A DNA stretch of 64,000 nt. It comes from Candidatus Latescibacterota bacterium. GTDB taxonomy: Bacteria; Latescibacterota; MWCZ01. This document shows positions 8,477 through 18,124 of the stretch, one piece after another; the first letter of the stretch is position 1, and each line of letters opens with the position of its first letter. The stretch spans positions 64,813 to 128,812 of the forward strand of contig JAKJDF010000003.1 in the NCBI GenBank assembly GCA_022706085.1, read 5' to 3'. The notes beneath the pieces are model-generated. The model worked only from the letters and a program-made list of their open reading frames with translations, ran no database searches and was not told the DNA's origin. The position numbers and the translations under genes were made by a program.

Positions 8477-9904
8477 ATGCCTACCGAAAAACTCGACCCC
8501 AATCTCCTCAGTGACGTGTTGCGCGCAGCATTAAGCCGGGGTGCCGATTTCGCTGACATATACGCGGAACAAGCCGCGTACGCGAGCGTCGAAAGCGACG
8601 ACAGAAAGATCAACTCCTCCTTCGTGCAGGACGGAGGTGTGGGAATTCGCGTCGTGAAGAACAATCGCACCTACTACGGAATCTCCGCTTCTGAAGAGCC
8701 TGCACGCCTGATGGCACTGGCCCGCCAGGTGGCAGACGCCGCAGGGGCGGAGGCAGGGCGCGAAGCGTCCGTGATCCTTATTGAGGGCCCAACCAACTGG
8801 CAATCGTCTTTTGCGGTTCCTCCGGACATGCTCGACGTCCAACAGAAGCTGGCGATCGTTCGTTCAGGCGAGGAAACAGCGTGGAGCGGCGAAAAGCGAA
8901 TCAGGCAAGTCTCCATCGGTTATCGCGATTCCGTGCGCCGCATTCAGCTCGCATCCTCGGTGACAGGCACGGTGCTCGAAAAAGAACTGGGACTTACTGA
9001 ATTTTCCGCGCGCGTCTTTGTCGGGGACGGGAACCAGCTTTACGTGGGAACTGCCGGGCGATCGATTTTCGGTGGTCCTGAACATTTTCAGGGTACTGAC
9101 AGTTTCGAATCGATCGCGTTGCGGGCCCGGCGGAACGGAATCACCCAGCTCGAAGCCGACGACGCGCCGAGAGGTGTGATGCCGGTTGTGTTTGCACCGG
9201 GGGACAATGGAGTGCTGTTTCACGAGGCGTGCGGACACGGGATGGAAGCTGACCTCGTGGAGCGAGGGTCGGCATTTGCAGGAAAACAAGGTGAACTTGT
9301 CGCGAGTGAGCTAGTCACGCTGTACGACGACGGAACCATCCCCTGCTTCCCGGGAAGTTTTCCGTTCGACGACGAGGGGACTGCGTCTCAAAGGACAGCG
9401 CTCATTGAGCGCGGCGTGCTCAGGAATTACCTCCAGTCGCTTGTCACGGCGCGCAAATCCGCGTGCGAACCCACAGGGAACGGGAGGCGCCAGAACTACC
9501 GTCATCCTTCGATTCCCCGGATGCGAAACACGTATATCGGCGCAGGCTCGATGAACCCGGACGACATAATTGCACAAACGGACGCGGGGCTTTACGCGGA
9601 GGTTCATGGTTCAGGGGGGCAGGTTGATGTGATTACGGGCAGGTTCACAACGAGCGTGCAGGTGGCCTGGCTGATTGAGAAAGGGAAGCGGACGCGGCCC
9701 GTACGCGGAGCCACCCTGAGCGGTACCGGGATCGACGTTCTGAAGAACATCGACATGGTGGGGAACGATCTTGTCATTGCGCAGATGTCGGGCAGGTGTG
9801 GAAAAGGGCAGAGCGTGCCCGTGGGCGTCGGTATGCCGACGGTGAGGGTCAGATCTCTCCTCGTTGGTGGCAAAGGAGAAATCTGGAAGGGAGCCACGCC
9901 ATGA
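8477..9904 (+). CDS. tldD: TldD metalloprotease (peptidase U62)
   Basis: HEACGHGMEAD zinc motif within the TldD/PmbA fold. Overlaps the next gene by ATGA. Confidence 0.9.
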   Translation: MPTEKLDPNLLSDVLRAALSRGADFADIYAEQAAYASVESDDRKINSSFVQDGGVGIRVVKNNRTYYGISASEEPARLMALARQVADAAGAEAGREASVILIEGPTNWQSSFAVPPDMLDVQQKLAIVRSGEETAWSGEKRIRQVSIGYRDSVRRIQLASSVTGTVLEKELGLTEFSARVFVGDGNQLYVGTAGRSIFGGPEHFQGTDSFESIALRARRNGITQLEADDAPRGVMPVVFAPGDNGVLFHEACGHGMEADLVERGSAFAGKQGELVASELVTLYDDGTIPCFPGSFPFDDEGTASQRTALIERGVLRNYLQSLVTARKSACEPTGNGRRQNYRHPSIPRMRNTYIGAGSMNPDDIIAQTDAGLYAEVHGSGGQVDVITGRFTTSVQVAWLIEKGKRTRPVRGATLSGTGIDVLKNIDMVGNDLVIAQMSGRCGKGQSVPVGVGMPTVRVRSLLVGGKGEIWKGATP

Positions 9905-11262
9905 ACGACACGGAATTTGCCCGCCGAACGTTGGACTATGCCATGCAGCACGGCGTTGAAGCCGCCGAAGTAGCCGTTGTGCGAACCCGGAAAACGGAAA
10001 TCAGCGTGGTCAACATGACACCGGAGACAGTGAACGCCCAGGAGGAGATCGGATTCGGTGTTCGGGTACTCAAAGACGCGAGGATGGGGTTCGCCGCGAG
10101 TAATCGGCTGGATGCGCGTTCGGTGCACGACCTGTTGGATTCGCTGGTGTCCGTCGTGCGTGAGCACACACCCGACGAAGCGAACACGCTGCCGGAATGC
10201 TCTGACCGGAAGCCGTGGGAAGACGGGTTTTCAACTTTCGATGAGGTGATACTTTGTGCGCCCCTTGAGGAAAAGGTGCGAAGAGCGCTCTTCCTCGAGC
10301 AATGCGCGCGCGATTTCGATACGCGGGTCAAAGGCGCGAGCACGGTGATCTATGGTGACGTGGCGGAGGAGGAAACGCTCGTCAACTCACTCGGCGTGGA
10401 GGGAGTGTCCCGATCTACTCTCGCGTATGCGGTGATCGAGGCAATTGCCGGCGATAAGGATTCCGTAGAGACGGGCTGGCACGTAGGGGCAAGCTCCACG
10501 TATGACGGTCTGGACATCGAGGCGACCGCGGTGACGGCTGCGCGTCGCGCGTTGCGCATGGTGGGGAGCAGACCCGCTCAATCCGCCGAACTTCCGCTCG
10601 TGTTTCCACCAGAAGTCGGGAGTGCTATTCTGGCGTACGTGTCGAGGATGCTGGATGCGGACGCAGTGCAGAAGGGGAAATCGTTGTTCCGGGGCCGGGA
10701 GAATGCAAAGGTGGCCTCTTCCCTCGTCTCTGTTGTTGACGACGGGCGTCTCGAGGGTGGCCTTGCAACACGTTTCGCGGATGCCGAGGGTGTGCCGACT
10801 GAGCGGACGGAATTGTTGAAAGATGGGGTGTTGAAAAGCTTTCTGCACGATTCCTACACGGCAAGAAAAAGCGGCACGGTTTCCACGGGAAACGCGCAAC
10901 GGGGAAGTTATGCCGCTCGGCCCCATACCGGGACGACGAACTTCATGCTGCTGCCCGGGAATTGCCCGACGGACACATTGCTGAATGACGTGTCGAACGG
11001 TCTGTATGTGGCGGAAATGCAGGGGCTGCATGCAGCGATCAACCCGGTGTCGGGCGATTTCTCCATTCCCTGCAAGGGGCTCATGATCCGCGACGGGGAG
11101 CTTGCCGAGCCCGTGACGGGTGTTGCAATCAGTGGAAATCTGTTCGATTTGTTGCAGGACGTGGATGCAGTTGGAGACGACTTCACGTGGGTTTTTTCCG
11201 GTTCGATCATCGGTACACCGACGTTTCGCGTGCGGAACGTGAAAGTCGGCAGTGCTTGTTGA
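9901..11262 (+). CDS. pmbA: PmbA/TldE, non-catalytic partner of TldD (peptidase U62)
   Basis: U62-family length and pattern, lacks the HExxxH motif, and is translationally coupled to tldD. Confidence 0.85.
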   Translation: MNDTEFARRTLDYAMQHGVEAAEVAVVRTRKTEISVVNMTPETVNAQEEIGFGVRVLKDARMGFAASNRLDARSVHDLLDSLVSVVREHTPDEANTLPECSDRKPWEDGFSTFDEVILCAPLEEKVRRALFLEQCARDFDTRVKGASTVIYGDVAEEETLVNSLGVEGVSRSTLAYAVIEAIAGDKDSVETGWHVGASSTYDGLDIEATAVTAARRALRMVGSRPAQSAELPLVFPPEVGSAILAYVSRMLDADAVQKGKSLFRGRENAKVASSLVSVVDDGRLEGGLATRFADAEGVPTERTELLKDGVLKSFLHDSYTARKSGTVSTGNAQRGSYAARPHTGTTNFMLLPGNCPTDTLLNDVSNGLYVAEMQGLHAAINPVSGDFSIPCKGLMIRDGELAEPVTGVAISGNLFDLLQDVDAVGDDFTWVFSGSIIGTPTFRVRNVKVGSAC

Positions 11263-11294
11263 ACCGTTGTGTGGGACGTGACTGGTGGATTGGG

Positions 11295-11636
11295 ATGACA
11301 ATGACGAACGTGCTCTGGCTGATGATTTTCTGGACGATGCAGGTGATTGCGGCGCTTTCCTTCAAGCAGGGGAGCCTGCCGGATGCGTCGAGGACGCTCT
11401 GGTTCATTATCGGTAATGTGTTTGGCGCATCAAGTATCTGGTTCATGATGGAACTGTACAAGACGATGAATGTGAATGTTGCAATGGGGCTGGCAGTCGG
11501 GGGTGCGTTTCTGCTGTCGCAACTCGCTACGGCCCTGATTTTCAAGTCCAACCTTTCTTTGGTGCAGTACATCGGCTTGATAGCAATCACCGGCGGGATG
11601 TACGCCGTGTCTGCAGGTGCGAGAACACACCCCTGA
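11295..11636 (+). CDS. Small hypothetical membrane protein (about 113 aa, four TM helices)
   Basis: Hydrophobic helices (MTNVLWLMIFWTMQVIAALSF...). Lies immediately downstream of pmbA. Confidence 0.5.
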   Translation: MTMTNVLWLMIFWTMQVIAALSFKQGSLPDASRTLWFIIGNVFGASSIWFMMELYKTMNVNVAMGLAVGGAFLLSQLATALIFKSNLSLVQYIGLIAITGGMYAVSAGARTHP

Positions 11637-11653
11637 CCGGGAGCGGGAAAGAG

Positions 11654-12664
11654 ATGACCGAACGGGAAAAATACTTCCGCGAGCTGGATCTTGACGGGGA
11701 TGGGACGGTCAGCGCCGACGTCGGAATCACCTATCCGGTGTGGAACGAATACAGAGAGCGGCTTGACTGGATGGAGCGCTTTTCCCGTTACGTTCACGTA
11801 GGAATCTCGCGCGCAGCAAGCAGACCTGCGTACAGCAGATGGACGGATGCGTGGGGCTGTGAGTGGCTGTATCCGCTGGAGTCGTTAGACGGGCTTGTAA
11901 TGCAACACCCTGTCGCCGAATGGGACGCGCTGAGATCGTACAAGGGGCCGAATTCCGCGGAGTTCACGGATTGGAGTGAGGTTGAAAAGAAGTTCAGGGC
12001 TGCGAAGGCGAAGGGTGAGGTGGCGCGGGGCGGCACCGACCACGGCTTCATATTTCTCCGCCTGACGTATCTTCGCGGGTTCAATGCGTTTATGGAGGAC
12101 GTCGGATCGCGGGACGAGCGGCTTTTCGACCTCATACGCGTGGTCGAGAATTACTGGTTCGACGTTGCGAAGCGGTACGTTGAGGCGGGGGCGGACCTTG
12201 TCTCGTTTGGCGACGATCTTGGGCTTCAGAACAGACTTCCGATATCTCCGAATGCGTGGCGAACGTTTATCAAACCCTCCTACATGCGGATTTTCCAGTA
12301 TCTTCGCTCGAATGGCGTGCGTGTTCATCTTCACACTGATGGATACATCGTGGATATCATCCCCGACCTGATCGAGTGCGGCGTTTCGATCCTGAACCCT
12401 CAAGAGCTTGTGAACGGCCTGGAAAACCTCCGCGAACTGGCATGGGGCAAAGTGTTCCTCGATCTTGATATCGACCGGCAGAGCATCACGCCATTCGGCA
12501 CGCCAGAAGACTGCGAACGGCACATCGGACGGTGCGTCAAGACGCTCGGGTCGCCTCGCGGTGGCCTGCATCTTGTCTGGGGCGTGTACCCTCACACACC
12601 GTACGAGAACATTGAAGCAGTCGTACGGGCGATGGACTCGTACGCGGAATACTGGAAACGGTGA
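11654..12664 (+). CDS. Uroporphyrinogen-decarboxylase (URO-D) family protein, of the MtaA/CmuA-like type
   Basis: 336 aa with a URO-D-like TIM-barrel pattern (ILNPQELVNGLENL, DGYIVD). RBS GGGAAAGAG. Confidence 0.55.
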   Translation: MTEREKYFRELDLDGDGTVSADVGITYPVWNEYRERLDWMERFSRYVHVGISRAASRPAYSRWTDAWGCEWLYPLESLDGLVMQHPVAEWDALRSYKGPNSAEFTDWSEVEKKFRAAKAKGEVARGGTDHGFIFLRLTYLRGFNAFMEDVGSRDERLFDLIRVVENYWFDVAKRYVEAGADLVSFGDDLGLQNRLPISPNAWRTFIKPSYMRIFQYLRSNGVRVHLHTDGYIVDIIPDLIECGVSILNPQELVNGLENLRELAWGKVFLDLDIDRQSITPFGTPEDCERHIGRCVKTLGSPRGGLHLVWGVYPHTPYENIEAVVRAMDSYAEYWKR

Positions 12665-12683
12665 ATCGGGGAGGAACTGAACA

Positions 12684-13460
12684 ATGTTAGCAGGGAACGG
12701 CGTGTTTCGGCTTGACGGCCGCGTGGCGATTGTCACTGGAGGCGGACGCGGACTGGGTGAAGTGTTCTGCCGGACGTTTGCGGACGCAGGAGCGGCAGTT
12801 GTTGTTGCGGATGTTCTCTTGGCCAACGCGGAACGAGTTGCGGACAGCCTCGTGAGCGGCGGCGCGCGAGCCGTGCCGGTCCATCTGGACGTTCGTTCAA
12901 CGGCGTCCGCAAACGCGATGGTCGCACGTACGATTGCCGAATTCGGGCAGGTGGACGTTCTCATGAACAACGCCGGAATCGTCATCAACACGCCGGCGGA
13001 GGAGATGACGGACGCTCAGTGGGAAGACGTGCTGGCCGTGGATCTGACGGGCGTGTTCAAATGCTGCCGTGCCGTGGCGCCGCACATGATTGCGCGGAAA
13101 CGGGGTTCCATTATCAACATCGGGTCCATGTCCGGTGTGGTGTCGAATCATCCTCAGCCGCAGTGTTCGTACAACGCCGCCAAAGCCGGCGTGATCATGT
13201 TGTCAAAGTCATTGGCGGGTGAATGGGCGCAATACGGCATTCGTGTCAATACAATCTCTCCCGGGTACATGGAAACCGAAATGACCTTGAGGGGGAGGCA
13301 GAATCCCCGGGAAAACGACGTCTGGATCGAGAACACGCCAATGAAGCGTTGCGGTAGGCCCGAGGAACTCGGACCCCTCGCGCTCTACCTTGCGTCGGAC
13401 GCCTCCAGCTTCATGACGGGCGCGAACATTCTCATCGACGGCGGGTACACCATCTGGTGA
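12684..13460 (+). CDS. SDR-family oxidoreductase
   Basis: TGGGRGLG cofactor motif, NNAG, and the S...YxxxK catalytic triad (YNAAKAG). Confidence 0.9.
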   Translation: MLAGNGVFRLDGRVAIVTGGGRGLGEVFCRTFADAGAAVVVADVLLANAERVADSLVSGGARAVPVHLDVRSTASANAMVARTIAEFGQVDVLMNNAGIVINTPAEEMTDAQWEDVLAVDLTGVFKCCRAVAPHMIARKRGSIINIGSMSGVVSNHPQPQCSYNAAKAGVIMLSKSLAGEWAQYGIRVNTISPGYMETEMTLRGRQNPRENDVWIENTPMKRCGRPEELGPLALYLASDASSFMTGANILIDGGYTIW

Positions 13461-13462
13461 AA

Positions 13463-14596
13463 TTACGGGTTCGGCAAGCGAGCACCCACATCTGGCAGAG
13501 CGGCGAACGGCACATGCGGTTCGGCCTGATACCAGTACGCGGTGGAGGCATAGTCGTCCGAGCGATCATTGCCGTGTCCGTGCTCCAGAGTTACTCGGAT
13601 TGACTCGGAAAACGGTATCGGGTCCGCGACATGGAACCGGTACACTGTCACCTTGCCCCGGTCGTTGAAGTCCTCACGTTCGCGATACGAGAGCCCGTAG
13701 TACTGGTGCCGGACGTCCTGCATTCCCCATCCCTGACCGAAGTATTCCTCAGTTCCGGTCCCGTGCAGGGAAGGGGGCCACAACTCCCCGTCGACGAAAA
13801 TCATGTCGTCGCCTTCGCCCCACCACCCTTTATAAAGATTGTCGACTGACAGGTTGCACCCGAAATACGTTCCCCGTCCTTTGGCGTCCAGGATGACGTA
13901 ATTCCCGCTTCCGGTCTGATTGCGGTCCTCTTCTGTCTGGTGTCGAGCAACCCACTCGGGTCCCCAGATTACTGAACCGGTCCCTTGCCATCCGTCGCAG
14001 GGGTTCTCACGGTGCCATGTCGCGTGCAGATACCATGGTGTTCCGGGCAACTGCGTGTACTCCTGGTAATCGATGTGGAAATAGAAAGCGATTACCGGTG
14101 TGTCTGAATCATTCCTTATTTCGAGGCGCGCGCGTTCCGAAAAAGGCATGGGTACCCAGCAATTCATTGGCGCGAAACGTCCGTACGTTTTCGATTGGTT
14201 GGCGGCCATACTGAAAGCTGCATTTTCGAACGTGCTGACCGCACCGTGCCCCACGCAGAAAAAATCACCCAACGGACACTCAACCGACGGGAACGGTTCG
14301 TCGTCCCAGAAGCATCGTAAGACGAGAGAACGGAGGTAATGGAGATCGGGACTGTTCACCGTAAAATACAGATGTGAAATAATCCCGGGTCCGCGGATGT
14401 CTCCAATGACGTGCGTAGACCGGCCGCCAATGGGTATCCAGTCGTTGTTCCCTCCGGCGCGGTCGTAACTCGACAGGCGTCTGGCGCGAAACGGTTGAGG
14501 TTGGGTCAACGAATACGGTATCACAGTGCAGAATCCCTTTCCGGGTTGGATGGGAACGCAACCGGACAGGTGCGGATTGGACGCCACGCGTCCCAC
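13463..14596 (-). CDS. DUF2961 / glycoside hydrolase family 172-like protein
   Basis: N-terminal 'RLSSYDRAGGNNDWIPI' and the overall pattern match DUF2961. GTG start. Convergent with the SDR gene with a 2-bp gap. Confidence 0.6.
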   Translation of the reverse strand: MGRVASNPHLSGCVPIQPGKGFCTVIPYSLTQPQPFRARRLSSYDRAGGNNDWIPIGGRSTHVIGDIRGPGIISHLYFTVNSPDLHYLRSLVLRCFWDDEPFPSVECPLGDFFCVGHGAVSTFENAAFSMAANQSKTYGRFAPMNCWVPMPFSERARLEIRNDSDTPVIAFYFHIDYQEYTQLPGTPWYLHATWHRENPCDGWQGTGSVIWGPEWVARHQTEEDRNQTGSGNYVILDAKGRGTYFGCNLSVDNLYKGWWGEGDDMIFVDGELWPPSLHGTGTEEYFGQGWGMQDVRHQYYGLSYREREDFNDRGKVTVYRFHVADPIPFSESIRVTLEHGHGNDRSDDYASTAYWYQAEPHVPFAALPDVGARLPNP

Positions 14597-14788
14597 GACA
14601 CGAACAGAAAGATCGATACCCGTGCGAAAGCGCGATCCACGGGGTGGTTCCCAAAATTCGCAAAAAACTCACCCGTACGAAACGTTCCCTTAACGAGCTC
14701 GGACACTTTCAGTACTGCGGGTCGAAGGATTCGCCGGTGAATGGCAAAACGATTTCGCCGTGGTCTCACCCCTCAAAAAGGAGCATGT

Positions 14789-16018
14789 ATGTTTCGCGGA
14801 ACGCGTTCGGTACTCAGCGTAGGTGCGGCAGGCGTTGCTATCGTTCTGCTGGCCGCTGCCGTTGCCGCGCGAGCGGCTGACGGTGGAACACTTACGCCCT
14901 CGTGGGATAATGGCATGGTGATGCAGACGGCGGACAAGGAGTTCCGTATCCGTGTCGGCGGACGCATCCATCAGGACTGGACCTTTTTTGCTTCTCAATC
15001 CGACTCGCTGGCGCGGCGGTTTGGCGACCTGCAGGACGGTACCGAATTCCGCCGGGCACGGATTCACGTCGATGGAATCGCCTACGGCACCACGGAGTGG
15101 CGAGCTGAGTTCGACTTCAGCAGCGGCGACGCAAGTTTCCGGGAAGTCTATGTCGGTCTTCGCGGGGTGCCCGGGCTGTCAACGCTTCGTTTGGGTCACA
15201 TGCAGGAGCCATTCAGCCTCGAGGAAATCACGAGCAGCAATTACCTGGTTTTCCACGAGTATGGGCTGCCGGGTGTCTTCACGCCGGCGTACAACGCCGG
15301 GCTGCTTCTGGGTGGCACGTTTTCGTCGGGGCGGGGCGGCTGGGCGGCCGGCGTCTTTCGCGATTCGGACAACTATGGCAAAAACAGCGGCGACGGGAAG
15401 TTCACGTTCACGGGGCGCGTCGTACTGGCGCCGGTCTATTCGAAGGAACAGAAACGAGTCGTTCACCTCGGGTTCTCGGGCAGCACCAGAAATCCCAACG
15501 GGGGCGTCGTAAAGTACAGCCGAAAACCCGAAGTCAATCTCGCGCCCAATTTCGTCGGTACCCCAAACATCGCGGCAGATAGGGTCAATCTGTTCGGCGT
15601 GGAAACACTCGTTTCGCAGGGCCGATTCTTCGCGCAGGCGGAAGGGATCGGAAGCCGTGTGACCAGAACGGGCGGGGGCAACGCGATGTTTTCCGGTGGA
15701 TACGCGTACGCGGGATGGTTCTTGACAGACGACCACAGACCGTACAAACCCGGACAGGGCGTCGCTGATCGTGTAGTTCCCACGCGGAATTTCGACCCGA
15801 GAAAACGCGAGTGGGGTGCTTTGGCGGTTGCGGTACGCGTCTCCTATCTCGACCTGGATGATTCGGGCATAAAAGGCGGAACACTTACGGATGGCACACT
15901 GGGTCTGGACTGGTTCCTCAATCCCAACACTTCCGTCAAGGCCGGCTACGTGGTTGCGCGCCCGAAAGGAACCGGTGCGATGAGTGCATTCCAGCTCCGG
16001 GCCCAGTTCGACTTCTGA
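14789..16018 (+). CDS. Phosphate-selective porin O/P (OprO/OprP family)
   Basis: Signal peptide, R/K-rich N-terminal region, and a C-terminal 'QLRAQFDF' beta-barrel terminus. RBS AAAAGGAG. Sits just upstream of pstS. Confidence 0.75.
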   Translation: MFRGTRSVLSVGAAGVAIVLLAAAVAARAADGGTLTPSWDNGMVMQTADKEFRIRVGGRIHQDWTFFASQSDSLARRFGDLQDGTEFRRARIHVDGIAYGTTEWRAEFDFSSGDASFREVYVGLRGVPGLSTLRLGHMQEPFSLEEITSSNYLVFHEYGLPGVFTPAYNAGLLLGGTFSSGRGGWAAGVFRDSDNYGKNSGDGKFTFTGRVVLAPVYSKEQKRVVHLGFSGSTRNPNGGVVKYSRKPEVNLAPNFVGTPNIAADRVNLFGVETLVSQGRFFAQAEGIGSRVTRTGGGNAMFSGGYAYAGWFLTDDHRPYKPGQGVADRVVPTRNFDPRKREWGALAVAVRVSYLDLDDSGIKGGTLTDGTLGLDWFLNPNTSVKAGYVVARPKGTGAMSAFQLRAQFDF

Positions 16019-16119
16019 CGCACGTTGCTGGCGAGTTTCCAGCAGACAGGAATTCGGTTTTCGTGGCGGCCAAATGGCACTCTCCACGCATACTCCTGAC
16101 CCCAAAAAAGGAAAAAACG

Positions 16120-16983
16120 ATGACCAGATCAACCAGTTTGATGTTGTTGTCCTGTGCGCTCGTTGCTCTGCCGCTGACCGGTAGACCCTCATACGCGTCC
16201 ACCGGGTCGAGAACGTCGCTAACAATCAAAGGTTCGGATACGATGGTGCATCTGGTAAGCACCTGGGCAGAGGCTTTCATGCGGACGAACCCCGATGTGG
16301 AGATATCCGTCACCGGTGGGGGATCCGGCACCGGAATAGCCGCTTTGATCAATGGCACCACGGACATCTGTGCGGCAAGCAGGAACATCAAGGATTCGGA
16401 GCGCGCGCGGGCACAGCAAAATGGACGGTCCGCGTTTGAAACGGTGGTTGCGCGCGACGGTATCGCAATCGTAGTACACCCCTCGAACAACGTGAGCACA
16501 CTTTCGCACGACCAGCTGAAGAAGATTTACACCGCGGTGTACACACGATGGAATCAGGTTGGCGGACCGAACAGGCCAGTACTCGCCCTCTCGCGCGAAT
16601 CGAGCTCAGGTACCTACGTCTTTTTCCAGGAACACATCCTTGAACAGCAGGATTATGCCCAGTCGGTTCGTCTGATGCCGGCGACGTCTGCCATCATTCA
16701 ATCCGTTTCGACTGATCGTGGCGCAATAGGGTACGTCGGCATCGGGTACGCGCATGACGCGGGCCAGCGAGTCAAAGTTCTGAGGATCAAGGCTACCGAA
16801 TCCGGCCCTGCGGTGGCGCCCAGCGAAGCAACCGTAAGGTCGGGAGAGTATTCCATCGCGCGGCCCCTCTTCTTCTACACGAACGGGGCTCCCACCGGAG
16901 CCGCCAAGCGGTTCGTGGATTTCTGCCTGAGCGCGGAAGGCCAGAGGATAGTCCGGGAGACGGGGTACGTTCCCGTCCAGTAG
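16120..16983 (+). CDS. pstS: Phosphate ABC transporter substrate-binding protein PstS (copy 1)
   Basis: PBP fold with KGSDTMVHLVSTWAEAFM...GGGSGTGIAALINGTTDI, signal peptide, RBS AAGGAAAAAA. Confidence 0.9.
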   Translation: MTRSTSLMLLSCALVALPLTGRPSYASTGSRTSLTIKGSDTMVHLVSTWAEAFMRTNPDVEISVTGGGSGTGIAALINGTTDICAASRNIKDSERARAQQNGRSAFETVVARDGIAIVVHPSNNVSTLSHDQLKKIYTAVYTRWNQVGGPNRPVLALSRESSSGTYVFFQEHILEQQDYAQSVRLMPATSAIIQSVSTDRGAIGYVGIGYAHDAGQRVKVLRIKATESGPAVAPSEATVRSGEYSIARPLFFYTNGAPTGAAKRFVDFCLSAEGQRIVRETGYVPVQ

Positions 16984-17048
16984 GCGTGTTGCTTGTCGTG
17001 CATTTTCGCAAACGAACGAAGTGCACAGATACAGGCAACGTCAGGAAG

Positions 17049-17076
17049 GGAGGTGGGTTCACCCCGGCCCACCTCC
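17049..17076 (+). promoter_or_regulatory. Stem-loop between the tandem pstS genes, a candidate partial terminator or attenuator
   Basis: GGAGGTGGG-ttcaccccgg-CCCACCTCC, a 9-bp perfect stem with no following T-run. Confidence 0.45.
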
Positions 17077-17208
17077 GCCCTATGCTCCGATGCCCAGATC
17101 ATCATCCATCGCAACCCCGCTAACAAATCCTTAACCAGGTTCAAACGGAATTCTCACCGGCGTGGCCGACCTTCATTCTGAACACAAATGCCGAAATGGA
17201 GGTGAAAC

Positions 17209-18087
17209 ATGAGAAAGGTTACCATACGAACCCTGACCGCGATCTCGATTGGTCTCTTCGGAATGGTGGTGACATGCTCGCTGGCAGCATGCTCAGGGAA
17301 GAAAGGAAACGAGGTGACCGTCGTGACCGTGAAGGGGTCGGACACGATGGTCCATCTGGTAAGCATGTGGGCAGAGGCTTTCATGAAAAGTCACCCGGAT
17401 GTGGAAGTATCCACTACCGGCGGCGGTTCCGGGACGGGCATAGCCGCGCTCATCAACGGCACCACGGACATATGCGCCTCAAGCCGGGATATCAAGGACA
17501 CGGAAAGGGCGCAGGCAGAGCAAAAAGGGATCACTCCGGTCGAAACCATGGTGGCCCGCGACGGGATCGCGATCGTAGTAAATCCCAGAAATCCCGTTCA
17601 AGAGCTTTCCCTGGACCAACTCCGAAAAATCTACACGGGGGTGTACACAAGATGGAGTCAGGTTGGCGGCCCGAACGAGCCGATTACTGTACTCTCCCGC
17701 GAATCCAGTTCCGGCACGTACGTGTTTTTCCAGGAGCATGTCCTGAACAAGGAAGATTTCGCGCAAACGGTGCGGTTGATGCCGGCAACGTCAGCGATCA
17801 TCCAGTCTGTTGTTTTTGACCGCTGGTCTATCGGGTATGTCGGGATCGGGTATGCCCACGAAGCGGGCCCACAGGTCAAAATACTCGGGGTGAAGGCGAC
17901 CGAGGCCGGTGCCGCGGTGATGCCGACTGAGGCGGCGGTGCACTCGGGGGAGTATTCCATCGCGCGTCCGCTGTTCTTCTACACAAACGGTGCCCCCACG
18001 GGAGCGGCCAAACAGTTTGTTGACTTCTGCCTGGGGCCGGCTGGACAAAAAATCGTCAGGGAAACGGGATACGTTCCGGTCCAGTGA
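17209..18087 (+). CDS. pstS: Phosphate ABC transporter substrate-binding protein PstS (copy 2, lipoprotein-type)
   Basis: About 70% identical to copy 1 over most of its length. Lipobox LAACSG. RBS GGAGGTGAAAC. Confidence 0.9.
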   Translation: MRKVTIRTLTAISIGLFGMVVTCSLAACSGKKGNEVTVVTVKGSDTMVHLVSMWAEAFMKSHPDVEVSTTGGGSGTGIAALINGTTDICASSRDIKDTERAQAEQKGITPVETMVARDGIAIVVNPRNPVQELSLDQLRKIYTGVYTRWSQVGGPNEPITVLSRESSSGTYVFFQEHVLNKEDFAQTVRLMPATSAIIQSVVFDRWSIGYVGIGYAHEAGPQVKILGVKATEAGAAVMPTEAAVHSGEYSIARPLFFYTNGAPTGAAKQFVDFCLGPAGQKIVRETGYVPVQ

Positions 18088-18124
18088 CATCGAAACCAAC
18101 CGGTTCATCTCTCAGGGAAACGTG

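Noticed and set aside
11885-12991. 368-aa minus-strand ORF antisense to the UroD-like and SDR genes
   Set aside because: Ala/Arg/Pro-rich low-complexity translation. The sense-strand genes have clear motifs (TGGGRGLG, YxxxK).
13461-13462. Possible bidirectional terminator between the convergent SDR and GH172 genes
   Set aside because: The stop codons are only 2 bp apart and there is no hairpin or T-tract. Termination must occur inside the neighbouring coding regions or be Rho-dependent.
15179-16225. 348-aa minus-strand ORF antisense to the OprP-like porin and the pstS start
   Set aside because: Junk composition. The sense genes are strongly supported by motifs and by operon context.
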